Source: Takakia lepidozioides (lineage: Eukaryota > Plantae > Bryophyta). Taken from it: a DNA stretch of 64,000 bases. Position numbers and translations under genes: made by a program. Within the stretch, counting starts at the first letter, position 1; each line of letters starts with the position of its first letter. Where the stretch lies: positions 96,100,001-96,164,000 of the forward strand of contig CM060731.1 in the NCBI GenBank assembly GCA_030704615.1, given 5' to 3'. Below the pieces are notes generated by a model, which was not told the origin of the DNA, made no database searches, and saw only the letters and a program-made list of their open reading frames with translations. This document shows positions 48,301 to 60,841 of this stretch, piece after piece.

Positions 48301-50664
48301 TCCAGCATATCCTTTGACATAGGGCCTATAATATCCTGTCATGCCTAAGTAGCTTTTGAGAGCAGTGTGGTTTTTTGGCAAGGGAAACCTTTCAATAGCA
48401 GCTATCTTATCTGGATCAGGCCACGTTCCCTCTTCAGAGATCACATGCCCAAGGAATACCAACTGTAAGTTGGCAAAGTAACACTTGTCCGGATTGAGCC
48501 TAAGATTGGCCTTTCTAACCTTGCTCAATACTCTCTTTATATGTCCCACGTGATCTCCCCAGTCCTTGCTATGGATATTGACGTCATCTACAAAAACTTT
48601 AGCGCAATCTTTGATTTCTTCCTTGAGAACCCTATTCATCGTTCTCTGAAAGGTAGCAGTGGCATTTTTTAGCCCGAATGGCATGACTAGCCATTCATAC
48701 AATCCCTTCTTTGTGATCACTGCTGTTTTGCCTATGTCTCGGTCGTCCATTTTGATCTGCCAAAAACCAGATTGTAAATCCAGCGCAGAAAACCACTTGG
48801 CTTTCCCCAACTGGTTTAAAACATCCTGAATCAATGGCATAGGGTAAGAGTCCCTTCTGGTTAAACGGTTTACTAGCCTAAAATCACCACAAAACCGCTT
48901 GGATCCATCCTTTTTTGGTGGAAGGGTAACTGGACACGACCATTCTGAGCTACTCTCTCTCATCTTGCCTTGTGAGATCAAAGTCTCAATTTGTCCTTGG
49001 ACCTCGTCTTCCTCCCATTCTGATAGGCGGCTGGGACGACTTCTGCAAGGGGGAAAACCTTGTGTGTCAATTGTGTGTTCCACCTCACTGCAGTATCCCA
49101 AGTCAGCCTTGCTAAGAGCAAAGCATTCCTGGTTTGCTTTCAGCTCTTGTTCCAGCTCTATCCTATGTTCTGGGGCCAGTTCTGGGTTGATGTGCAGTCT
49201 GGATTTCAGACTTCTCCAACGACTCTCCATTTCTTCCTCTTGACTGGGTTCCCAATTTTTTTTTTTCACCTGGCTTACAAAGTTAGCCATTCTCTGTCCT
49301 TCCTCTTGTGTGACAACCTGATTCCAATCATGGAAGTCATCCTCTATTTCTAGGTTGTTGTTCCCTAGTTCACCATTCCAAGCTTTCTGGTAAGCTTCCT
49401 GTATTATGGCAGCAGCCATGCTCTTATGGGTCTCTTCCTGAAGGAGTTCAGACATCCCTTGGTCCTCGAACAAGTCCTCCCCTAGGTTGACCTCGTCTAT
49501 TATTTCCTCAACATCCCTCAGTGCTGTTTCTACCTCCTTACTCTCCTCAGAGCCTCCCATCTCCTCATCTTTATCAGATTTAGAGGTGTCAGAACCTGAG
49601 GATGCTTCCTCCGTGTCCTCATATTCTTCCTCTGGTTTTCTTTTCTTCTCCCACAAGCCTAGGTACTGTTCATCTGACGTCAGGGTTAAGACATTACCTG
49701 CTGACGTACTGCTTGCATATCTCATTCTACTCTCAACCCCTCTATGGTAGGCTGTTTTGGTAACTGCAGGCTCATTATAATTGATGGTGTGCAAAGGGAA
49801 GTGAGCAAAATCCTTTCCTGGCCCATAGCGTACGCGAATTGTTTCAGCTTCGGTGTCCACTACAGCGCCAAACTTTTTGAGAAAGTCTAATCCCAGCAGC
49901 ATGTGATATGTATCCGTGTTCACCACCATAAAGGACAAACGATTGGTCAGTTCTCCTACTTTGACCTTGATGTCCTCAAGTCTGCCCATTGCAGTCTCAA
50001 GAGCACCTGAGGCTACTCTGTAATTTACATCCTTACTAGTAATGACAGATCCCATCAAACCAAGATCCCTGACTGTACTAGCTGATATTACAGAAAGCAT
50101 GGCACCAGTGTCAATCTGGCCTAATACTTGGTAATCTCCCATTGTAATCATTACATGAAGCGCTTTAACCTTACCTGTATAAGCATACAAGATCGTGGGC
50201 TCAGCGTGTGCTGAGTACAAAGGCCTTGGTACATCCTTCACAACTTCTACACTGTGAGTTGTCTCCCTTTGTTGGACCATTGCTCTTTCCACCACTTTGA
50301 CCAGCCCTTTTAATTTGTCTAGCTCTCCGGGCACAGTCATGATCAGGTCCATGGGTGACAACGATATTCTCCCTTTGTAGAAGTGGTTCAAGATTCTGGA
50401 TTTTGTACCTCCTTCTATAGCATTCTTGAAATTGTTCTTTGGGTAGATTTCACTCTTGGTCTTGCTTGGCTGTTCACTGCTCTCACTATTCCTTTCTGGT
50501 GACCCTGTAGGTTCAACAATCGGACTCTGGACAGGTATGCGTGTCCTTGGAAGTCTGACTTCATTGATACTATTTCGTGACATCAGATCTGTCATCTCTG
50601 CGAGTACATCATCCTCATCATCATAGAACACATCTACAAAGTTAGTTCCCGGAGTTCCCATCAT
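45389..50664 (-). CDS. Family-B pol (PR-RT-RH-INT), interrupted near 47100 (frameshift) and 45875 (in-frame stop)
   Basis: IDTGA; LDLQSGFWQ; FVDD; DVDWS…TDHKPL…DALS; HEATGHFG; IDTAGP/TDNG/VERV. Confidence 0.92.
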
Positions 50665-51500
50665 AGTCTAGTTTTTCTACTGCACTCACTCTCCGTATGC
50701 CCGAGTAGCTTGCAAAAGTTGCATCTCACACCACACATTTCCGTGGAATGCCCGAACCGGTGACATTTGTCACACTTAGCTGGGGTTCTTCCTTCAGGAC
50801 AATATGCAGCTATGTGACCTTCTTTGTGACAAACATTACAAAGGCGAACACGAGGTGGTGTTCTAGATCCCGAGCTTTCTCCTATGACTGGTCCCCTATC
50901 AAAGTACTTCTGTAGGGTAGTGTTCAGCTGATCAAGTCTTCTGTCCACAGGGTTAACAAACACAACTGACTCATCTATATCATCTCCTTCCAATGGCTCT
51001 AGAGGTATTTCCCCTAACTTTCCCAGGCCCCTTTCAATCTCAATGGCTGTGTCAAGTGCTTCCTCTACATCAAGGAAGCGCCTGCCCAGCATTACTCTTG
51101 CTATTTCTGGTCTGAAACCTGCTGCAAATCTACGCCTCTGTTCCAAATCAGACGCCCCACTTCTTATAAATAACCGGTTCAACCTATCGAAGTATGTTTG
51201 AACCCTTTGTCTACTCTCCTGTTTAATGGTATCCATTCTTAGCCTAATTTCTGCCAAGTCAACGATACCAAACTTGGCTGAAATTGCTGCCCTAAAGTCC
51301 ACCCAGTTGTTTGGTCTAGGGTTTTGTTTACGGTACCATTCATCAGCCTTGGCTCTCAGGTTGAGCCTTGCTACCTTGAAAGTTTTGTCCTCATTCAAAT
51401 CCCTGACATCTGCCTCCATCTGAATCCTCTCCAGCCAGTCATTTACATCCTCACTATTCCTACCATGATAAGGCGCATCTATGCTGGTTGGACTGGTCAT
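50661..51500 (-). CDS. Family-B gag with three CCHC knuckles
   Basis: Capsid-like W..R…LRAKADEWY…W.DF…F; CNVC…H…C, CDKC…H…C, CNFC…H…C. Confidence 0.9.
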   Translation of the reverse strand: MTSPTSIDAPYHGRNSEDVNDWLERIQMEADVRDLNEDKTFKVARLNLRAKADEWYRKQNPRPNNWVDFRAAISAKFGIVDLAEIRLRMDTIKQESRQRVQTYFDRLNRLFIRSGASDLEQRRRFAAGFRPEIARVMLGRRFLDVEEALDTAIEIERGLGKLGEIPLEPLEGDDIDESVVFVNPVDRRLDQLNTTLQKYFDRGPVIGESSGSRTPPRVRLCNVCHKEGHIAAYCPEGRTPAKCDKCHRFGHSTEMCGVRCNFCKLLGHTESECSRKTRL

Positions 51501-51571
51501 CCTTCTATTCTCTAGTCAAAGTTCAAACTGTTTCAACACCTAATTCTGACTCTAATTTTCCTGCAACTCCC

Positions 51572-51895
51572 TTAATGTTGACCTCTATACCACTCCCACT
51601 GTCCATTTCGCAACATCTCTACTCTACCTCCCCATGTCACCTCTCGTGCCATGGTATTTATCTTCACCCACCTTCCTAACTCTCTTATCCAAAGTGCTAT
51701 GGTTGTTCTTCCACCAGTATGTATCACTCTAAGACATAAATCACCATTCGCTATTCTCCAAGCAGGGTTGAAGAAGTACAAACAAGGGTCTGCGTGTGCA
51801 TTTGGTGTGCGTCTGCTGAAGCAAATCAGCACATCTCCAATGCTTGGTTCATCAGGAATCAGTGTGTGGTCTCTTCCTTCCATCAAACCATCCAA
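51572..51895 (-). CDS. Extra 107-aa ORF between PBS and gag of family B, unknown function
   Basis: ATG-initiated, sense strand, fills the leader; no domain recognised. Confidence 0.45.
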   Translation of the reverse strand: MDGLMEGRDHTLIPDEPSIGDVLICFSRRTPNAHADPCLYFFNPAWRIANGDLCLRVIHTGGRTTIALWIRELGRWVKINTMAREVTWGGRVEMLRNGQWEWYRGQH

Positions 51896-52366
51896 TACCA
51901 GTCAAGATCCCTAGCTAGTAGAAATCAAGATTTAACAACGTAGCTCTGATACCAAAAGAAGGGGCGTGAATCCCCTTCTGTATAATTCTAATTGTGCTCC
52001 CCTCCATTGATTGCGGAGCAAGAGGAAAGAAGCGTTCTTTCTAATCTGTCCAACTGTCGTCACTTGGCTGTGGGTTTCCCTTAGCTCCTCCGTGATCAGA
52101 GTTCAAGCAATCCTCATCCACGCCGCAGCGGAAGGGAAGACATGGATGGGGAGTCAATTTGTTGTTCACTCTTGGTTCTACCTTTTACACAACATCCCCT
52201 ATCAGCAGGTACAGCACCAGCTATGCTGGTGCGATGTATTCAGTGATGCAAATCAGCCCAATGGCAGCGGTGAACACGATCCTTTATGTGAAGCCCACTT
52301 GAGCAGTGACAGGTCAAAAATCCCCTTTTTGTAGTGGTGACACAGATTTAGGAGGAGGCAGCTCAG

Positions 52367-55300
52367 GTCCAACAAAGTCTAGTCCCCATTTCTGAAATGG
52401 TTCCGTAGGCATTGTAGGATGCAAAGACATTTTCCCAGATCTCTGCAAAGGTCCCAGCCTCTGACATTCATCACAACTCTGACAATACTTGTGTACATCT
52501 TTGAACAAAGTAGGCCACCAGTAACCTGCATGTAGTATCTTCCTACTGGTAGTCTCTTCTCCAAAATGACCTCCAGCCACTCCTTTATGAACTTCCTCCA
52601 AAACTTTATTTACTTCATGGTGGTACAAGCATCGTTTTAGTACTCCATCAGGTCCTAGCTTATACATTCTGCTTCCTACCATAGTATAAGGTAAAGCTTT
52701 GATAGCGATTCTCTTCCTCTGCTCCTTACCATAACTAGGTGGGCACTGACCATGAGCAAGGTAGTATCTGATTGGCCACTGCCAATCTAACCAGTCATCT
52801 GCACTTCCCAGCACCTCCACTGCAAATAGACTCGCATCTGGTAATTGATCATCTATTCCTGTGGCTGGTTCTCCTGTTGATAACCGTGACAAGTGATCCG
52901 CCACAAGATGCAGTCTCCCAGGCTTGTAAACAACCTTGAACTCAAACTCGTGCAAGATTATCAACCATCTTGCTATTCTTCCGCTTATCAGAGGTTTATT
53001 TACCAGGTATATCAGAGCCTGGTGATCCACATAGAACATAAACTTCTTGCCCAACAGGTAATGCCTGAATTTCTTCACTGCATAGATCATTGCCAATGCT
53101 TCTCTTTCCGTTGTGCTATAGTTCCTTTCAGCACTGTTCATCAACCTGCTAGCATAGTACACAGGTGAATCTATATTTCCTGTAACATTCTGGGCTAACA
53201 CCGCTCCCAACGCTTCTCCTGATGCATCGCAGTGAACATGAAATACTACATGCCAGTGAGGGTTAATCAGCACAGGTGTAGTTGTTACTGACAGTGTAAG
53301 TTCCTCAAACGCCTGTTGACATTCAGCTGTCCAGGCAAACACTGCATCTTTCTTCAGTAGCTTGCTCAATGGTGCTGCTATTTGTGCATACCTTTTGACA
53401 AATCTTCTGTAATAACTGGTTTGCCCAAGGAATCTCCTTAGACTCTTAACATTCACTGGTGGTGGAGAGGCTTTAATGGCCTCTGTCTTCCCGGGATCCA
53501 CAAGAAGTCCCCTCTTACACACAATGTGTCCCAGAAGCACCCCTGAGTTCACACAGAAAGTACACTTATCTGGATTCAGGCCCAGACCTCTCATCCTGCA
53601 TCTGGCCAGACATAACTCCAATTTAAAAAGTGCTCATTCTTAGAGCTGTACACACTGAAATCATCCAAGAATACCTGCATGAAATCATCCAGATACTCAT
53701 GAAAAGATTCACTTATCACTCTCTGAAAGGTCGTTGGTGCATTACAAAGTCCAAAGGGCATGACTTTGTATGCATAAGCCCCCAGTCTGTGATGAAAGCT
53801 GTTTTTCCTTGGTCTTCTTCTGCCACTTGCACTTGATTATAACCACTGAAACCATCCATGAATGAGTACATCTCATGGCCTGCCACAGTGTCTAATACTG
53901 CTTCTGTGAATGGCAAAGGGAAAGGATCTTTCTTCGTACAAGCATTCAGCTTCTTGTAGTTCACACAAACTCTTAGTTTACCATTCTTCTTGGGAACTAT
54001 CACAATGGGTGACAACCAAGTTGTATACTCTATTGGATATATAAACTTAGCCTCAGCCAACTTCTTGATCTCTTCTCCAACCTTCTGTGCGTAGTTGGGA
54101 TTCATTCTATACCTTGCCTGCTTGATTGGTACTGACCCTGGTTCCAGTTCAATCTTATGCTGACAGACTTCAGGTGGTATTCCTTTTAGATCCTCATAGC
54201 TCCAAGCAAATACATCTCTGTATTTGATGAACAAGCTTTTAGCTTCTTCAAAGAATTCCGGCTCCAAATCAGCTCCTACTTTCACCATCCTCGGTTCCTC
54301 TTTAGTTCCCACATTCACTTCCCTCACCTGCTCATCAGCTGTGATTGTCCAACCAGTCACCACTTCATCCTGTAAGCTCACAGTGGCTGGTTCTTCTAGG
54401 ATTTCTATTTCTCCTTCTCTTTCTTCATAGAAATGTGATGGGTAAATGCTGGTTTCCTCTTCAGTTGGTGTTACTGTCACTACACCACAGCAGATACCTC
54501 TCAAACAACTTAGGCTTTCCAGCCGCATCTTTGCAACCTGCTCCCACTCTGGGTGTGCAGCAAATAGGGTAGCTTCTTGTTCCTCATCCAGTCCTCCTTT
54601 CCAGTCATACTCTCTGACTCCTCGAGGTCTTCTTGTAGCAGGTAATCTACTAGATTTCTTTGTGGTAATTTGTATCTCGTGTATCCCATTATGCACGGTT
54701 AGTAACTGAGAATTCCAGTCATGGAATACCCTGGCCTGTTTCAGCCACGGACGTCCCAATAATAAGGAGTAAGCCTCCATGACTTCATCCATCTTCAACA
54801 CAGTTACTGTGATCATAAAGATCATCTTCTGTATCTGTATCTTAACTCCTCTTATCAATCCCAATGGCTGTACACTTCTTTGATCTGCCATTGTTATTGT
54901 AAATGGGGCTGGTTTCATGTTACTTAGACCAAGCTTCTTCCTTAATTGGTCTGTCATGATATTCACTCCAGAACCTCCATCTATCAGTACATCAGTTAGT
55001 TCTGTGCTTCCAATTCTCAATTGGATTACTGACATAGAATCATCAAAGTCCATGACTGTTTCTCGCCCTTCCGGCTTCACATTATAACTGGTCACCTTGC
55101 TGTTCAGGTCTGTGTTTCCTGTCTCCTGGGCAATTTGATTGATTGCTTGATACAGCCTGTGCCTACAATAAGGTGCCACAGCTAATAGCTGTCCAATGGT
55201 AATCTCTGCTTTGGTTTGGCATATTACTTCAGCCAAAGTCTCTTCATTACTTTGCATGTCTGCATCTTCTTTCTTCCTTTCATCCTCACTCCCTTCTTCT

Positions 55301-57546
55301 TCTCCATCAGAATCAGAGGAATCTGCCACAGGAATATCAGTACTCTTCTGCATTTCCCTTATGATATCTGCCACTTCTTTGTGCAGTTCCTTCTCATCTC
55401 TCCAAGTCTCTTCATCTTCAGGCATATCATTGCCACCTTCATTATCATCTTCTTCCTCTACTACTGGAGGTATTAGTTTGGCTTTACTTCTTGTTACTAT
55501 CATTGTACTTACTTCTGGTACAACACATGGCCTAACCATGTGAGCTGCCACCACTGGGCCCTCATTCACAGGAGCTCTCATCTCATTCTGGTGTCTAATC
55601 CAGAATGCACAGGCTGCCCTGCGATGTCCTGGCTGATTACAATAGTAACATAGTTCTTCACCATTGGGTCCTCGCCCTTGGTCTATTCTTGGATTATTTC
55701 TATAATCCTGATTCCCGGGCTGGTAATTCCCCCTTGGATTACCCTGATAGTTGCCTCTGGAATTTCCTTGGTAATTTCCTCTTGAATTACCTCTCCCTTC
55801 CATGCCATTGTTATAACCACCAGACCTACCATAGTGGTCCTGATCATTGTTTCTTCTTGGCTGGGGCTGCACCTGATGCACCCTTACTTGCCTAGGTTCT
55901 CTTGCAGCTGTCCTTCTGTTATAGTAACAATTCTCAGTAGAATGGTTATCCATTTTACAGATAGTACAGTGTTTCTCCTTCATGTGGCATTCTGTGGTGG
56001 TATGGCCTTCATTCTGGCACTTTGCACACCATACACCCTTCCTCCAATGTGTTGCAGCCTCTGTGGCATACTTCTTCAAGATTTCTTCCAATCTTTTTTC
56101 ATAGTTATCCCTCTTCAACTTCTCCTTTCTCTTACTCTTCCTTTTTAGTTCTTGCTCTTCTTCTTCATCTGACTCATCCTCAGAGTCCTCATCATCCCTT
56201 TTCTCTCTCCTGAGCATTCCCAATTGCTCAATTCTGTTTGCAGTTTCAAATGCCTCCTCCACTGTATTATGGGGTAACATATCCACTTTCTTTTGCAACT
56301 CTGGTCTTAGTCCACTCACAAACCAAGTCTTCTATAAACCGGGTGCTGGTACTGCAGCCAGCTTTTTCATCATCAATTCCATCTTTTCCATATACTCCTC
56401 AACAGTTTCATGCTTCTTTTGCTTTAACTGTTGTAAACTTCCATACATTTCATCTTCAGTTTTACTTGTCCTGAACCTATTTCGAAATGCTGTATTCAAG
56501 CCATTCCAGGTTAGGAAATGATTATCAGGGAATCTTGCATACCATTCACTTGCTTTCTTGATAAGTGAACAAGGAAACAATCTCATCTTGGCATCATCGC
56601 CATTCTCATTGTTCACTATACACATGTGCTCAAATTGGCTAATGTGTACATCGGGATCCCCTTTTCCGGAATATATTGGAAAGGGTGGTTTTGCCCGTGT
56701 TGGTTGTAACGCCATCTGTGGCCCTTCCTTCTGCCCACTGACAGGTGCTGGCACCCTTGCTGGTGCTGGTCCTTCTAGACCTGTTGTTTTTGTGGTGGAT
56801 CTTCCACCAAGTGGTGGCCCTTGAGCACTCCCTGCTTCTTGCCCCACGATATTCACAGTATTCCCAGCTTCAGTTGCACTACTTCCCACACTCCCTGCCC
56901 CCCCAGAGCCAGATCCAGGCAGCCCGCCTGATCCCCCTGAGCCGACACCTTCGTTGGCCTGTGATCCAAGTGCTCCACTTGATCCAGGTCCAACGGGTTG
57001 GGATGTCCTGGTTGTAGTCTCAACCTCAGCTGTTGGGTCTACTTCTTCATATTCTTCCTCTTCCAATTTCTTCTCTCTGTTTTCATCCTCCAAGTTCTGC
57101 CCTTGGGTTTCTTCTTCACTCATGTAACTCAACTGTAATGGTGTTGGAGAGTCTGAACTCTCCGTTGGCTCTGCCACATCCTCTTCTCCTTCTTCACCTT
57201 CCGCTTCAGAAACTGGAGTTCCTGCTTTTGGTGTTCCATGCCAACTCTTATCAAAGATTTCTGTCAATTCTTTTATCCAGGGATGTACCTCAGATCTTTC
57301 ACCTTGTGATTGATCTTCTTCCTGTACCAATTCCCTTAATCTTTCTTGCAAAGAAACAGAAGGAGTGGCATCCAACTCTAGTTCTTCCGGTATGGGTGAT
57401 GTACTCTTTGATCTTAATGGTGTGAGAGGTCCAGATGATTCCCCTATGTCTATTCCTCTCTCCCAAAGATATGGATAATTAGCTTTCAGATAGCTTTCTC
57501 TTTTTACTGAATATCTCTGGCGTCTAGCTTCTCTTTCATCACTCAT
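52367..57546 (-). pseudogene. Family-C gag-pol (single frame with TAG at 56332 and frameshifts near 53630-53790)
   Basis: Three CCHC knuckles; LIDGGSG; LRVCVNYKKLN; MDGFSGYNQ; HCDASG; GGHFG…CQSCDEC…WGLDFVGP, then truncation. Confidence 0.92.
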
Positions 57547-57567
57547 GTCCCATGTCTTTCATTTCTT

Positions 57568-58130
57568 TTAATGTGGCAATAACCAAAACTCTCTTCTGTA
57601 ATATCTCTCGTATATGCCTGGGTTTCTTTCAAGCTTCAATGCACCCTTGGCTATACTTGAAGTCTCCGTTACCATATAACCATATGGCAAACAAGTCTGG
57701 AAAGCTGTTCTTGGTGTGAGTTTGATCCACAAAATATCCTTTGGAATCCAATTCTTTACCAGTACGAGCTCTTCATGCATATGAGTATAAACATTCACCT
57801 TTCTTTCTTCCCAGCCTTCAAACTCTACTCGCTTAATGGATAGCAATGCTATCACATAAACCAACGTTGGTAACCAACGTGCTCTTCCTCTACAGGCTAC
57901 CTGATAAATCTTTATCACTCCTTTCTCCAGACCCTATTCCGGATCAGCATCATGCACTCGCTTAAGAATATTTTCTTTACAACCGTCTGGCAATTCCAAG
58001 AACCTTTGAAACAATTGTTTGGACAATCTTTCTTCCTTCGTTCCACAGGGAATTTGATTCGCTTCAAATTCTTTAATGGTCCAACCACCATGATCCCACC
58101 AGATGCCTGTCACATCTGGTTGTTCATTAC
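57568..58130 (-). CDS. Extra 5' ORF (~185 codons, one in-frame TAG at 57934) ahead of family-C gag
   Basis: The 57934-58130 and 57568-57918 ORFs share one frame, separated by a single stop. Confidence 0.45.
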
Positions 58131-58829
58131 TCAGTTCCCCAGTATGGTCGCCAAATGTCGCGCGGCTTTTACTCACCCATCCCTTCGCTATCCGAGGCGG
58201 AAACTCCAAGATAGAAGAGTTGGAAATCTCTAAGTACTCAGCCCGTGCAGAACAATCAGTCATGACCTACAACTAGTGTATCATGGGGGTGTTTCCTATT
58301 TGTTTCCCTTTTGGCATTCATGTTAGCTACCTTACCATTGATAATTAAGTATCAGTTTGCTTTATCAATCTATTGGATTCCATCAACTCATCCATTCATT
58401 CCACAGCTTCACTCAGATCTCTCTACACAGTGTGATTGTATCGTATAAGTATCCGATTATGATTTATCATGTATCAGGCCGAAGCCATTGTGTCTCTAAT
58501 CTGCTCTACAATATCACTACAGTTTTTCATATAGAAAGCATCTACTAATCATCTCTCCTCCTTCACCGTGCTCTCCATCTTTGCTTCCGTTCTTACTCTC
58601 CGCCCGTTCCTCTCTCTTGCATGACCAAGAAGTCCTCCCCCACCAGTGCCTCCAAGAATAATCCCCCCAAAAAGCCCCCTACTCAGTCCTTGCTTCTCCC
58701 TTTATCTTCCTACCCGTGGCTCTAACCGTTTCCCTCACTAACCGTCGTCCGTGAACTAACATGTTCCATTTGCAGGTGTTGTTCCCCACAGTCGTTCCCT
58801 GTCCTGCTCTCCGTTCCCTATGATCGTGA

Positions 58830-59056
58830 CAGCTGTGTCAAGCTGTGACTGGCTGTGTGAAACTATGACGGGCTGTGATTGGCTGTGTGACTGTGTTTGG
58901 CTGTGTCGGGCTGTGACTGGCTGTGTGGCTGTGTTGGCTGTGATGGCTGTGTCGGGCTGTGACGAGCTGTGCTGACTGTGTCTGGCTGTGTCGGCTGTGA
59001 CGACTATGACGGCTGTGACGGGCTGTGTTGGCTGTGTCGGCTGTGACGGGCTGTGT
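58830..59056. repeat. (GGCTGTG[T/A]N)n 9-10-bp minisatellite inside the family-C LTR
   Basis: Visible reiteration; a shorter version occurs at about 9665-9730. Confidence 0.9.
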
Positions 59057-59209
59057 AACCCCCCTCTACAGTGCGCTGCTGTCACCCCTAAGGCTCCTGT
59101 TGGTCTCAAGTTGTGCAAAAATTAAGGGTACCCTACAGATCCCGTATAAGTGTCTAAGTCCCAGACAGTCCTCTAACAGAAACATGCAATGGGGATGAAG
59201 AGCACTTAC

Positions 59210-60780
59210 TCATAAAAGACGGGGACAATAAGAGCGTGAATGCCAGAAACCATCAAATTCCGAAAACGTGTCTTCTTCCATGTTCTTATGGACTCACCTG
59301 TACTACCATACTTCTTACAATGCTCTCAAAGTCCCAGCCAAGTAAAGGAATGCAAAGCTACATATTTACACGTTACATGGTAGGGAAGAGATAAGCCCTT
59401 CCAGGTAATCCAAAAATCTACCATTCTATAACTAGTCCAACCCCTTGGACGTTGAAGATTATCCATGTCTTCCAGGCGCAAAGGCACCTGCATAGCTGGA
59501 AAATTTGTGAAGAACCACACATCAGTGCTTCTATTGTTGTCTTGTCCATGCCGCCTCCTGCAAATAAATACGGAATCCCCCGAATTGCATGAATGTTACA
59601 TGATTTTTGCCTTATATTCAATTGGGTGGTAACGCCAAATTATAGTTGGACCAGACCTTTCATTCAGGCACGTTAGTAAGGAAAACACAGGCACTGTACA
59701 TGATCCACCCACCGTGCACACCCCTAAACCACACCATCATATATAAATGGTATGCCAATATATGCATTACAACCTTGTCTACTGTTTAGTAATAGAAACA
59801 AGAAGAAGGTTACTAGTATGAACTTGTTTATTTTCAGGTTTTGGCTGCCTCCCCTACACAATAACATGATCCAAACTATACCATGTAAATGGAAGAAAAG
59901 AGGGGTTGATTGCGATGTTGAACTCACACTACGTCCTCCATGGCCTTATGCAAGCTGTGAACATAGAGCATGGACTACAGGATTAATTTGCTGCAGTGAA
60001 TGGATGTCCTTCACAAAATGAAGTCTCAACACAGCAAACAGAAAAATCAGGTGATGTGAATGAGTAAGGCAGTACCTGGTACATGGTGGTTTTGGATCTC
60101 CTCCCCGAGTCTTCCGAACCTTGATGCTTTGTGCATCCTCCAATGCCAATTGAGCCTCTTTGGCTGATGCTGGTGGAGAGGAGGCTGTCAGGGGCTCAGT
60201 AGGTGTCGTGCGCACAATTTGTTGGGCAAAAGTTGGAGGATCTGGTGCAACAACCTGTGAACTGTTTAACGCCATCTCCATTTGTGTCATAGCCCCTGGC
60301 AAGTCCATATGAGAGAGATCATTGTCGTACCCACTTTGGTTGTTGAAAGGCAGGGATGTTGAGTTCGGGCCTTCATCACACCGCAAGGCCGCTGTAAATA
60401 CATCAGGGGGAGCTGCAGCAGTTCCCAGATTGACTTCTTCACGCACCACATGCACTTCCGCAGATGGCTCAGTTTGGGGATGCAGGTGTTCAAGCACAGT
60501 GACTAGAGTGGGGTTTGAATTGTCACAAGCCAGTAGCTGCTCTTCAACAAACATGGCAACATGTGTATCACAAGAAGCATGGTCTTTTGTCCCATGTGGA
60601 TGACCCTGGATAGTGCGCTCCACTCGTTGCCACATATCAACCTGCCCATCCTCATGTGTAGGTTGTACCATGCCAATGATAGTTTGTCCACTTCGCACAC
60701 ACTGGTCCACAATGCCCGCAAGCTGTTCCGGGCCAGGGCTGTGGCTTCATGTATGGCAGCATTCATGAATGTATATTGAG
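59210..60780 (-). pseudogene. Ulp1-like (peptidase C48) accessory gene remnant divergent from the M3 transposase
   Basis: Exon 59210-59487 (AG/GT bounded) reads VPLRLEDMDNLQRPRGWTSYRMVDFWI…LHSFTW…SIRTWKK…LIVPVFY, matching the N-half of C48 proteases. It has one stop, and the catalytic His exon was not found. Confidence 0.55.
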
Positions 60781-60841
60781 CACCTGGTTGACATTGTAGT
60801 GGTGTGAATGGACAGACATAAAGACTACGAGAAAGTGCATA

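Larger units (their letters stand above)
43184..52366 (-). mobile_element. Family-B Ty3/gypsy non-chromovirus, young, 5' LTR truncated
   Basis: 3' LTR at 43184-45368; PPT AAAAAGGGAGA; gag and pol; Met PBS at 51943-51954; 5' LTR remnant at 51954-52366 appears identical to 43193-43605. Confidence 0.93.
52367..59065 (-). mobile_element. Family-C Ty3/gypsy (Athila/Tat-like), 3'-truncated within integrase; distal LTR boundary approximate
   Basis: LTR from 58156 (TGTCGCGCGG on +); PBS TGGCGACCATACTGGGGA at 58136-58153 (probably tRNA-Arg); gag-pol downstream. Confidence 0.9.
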
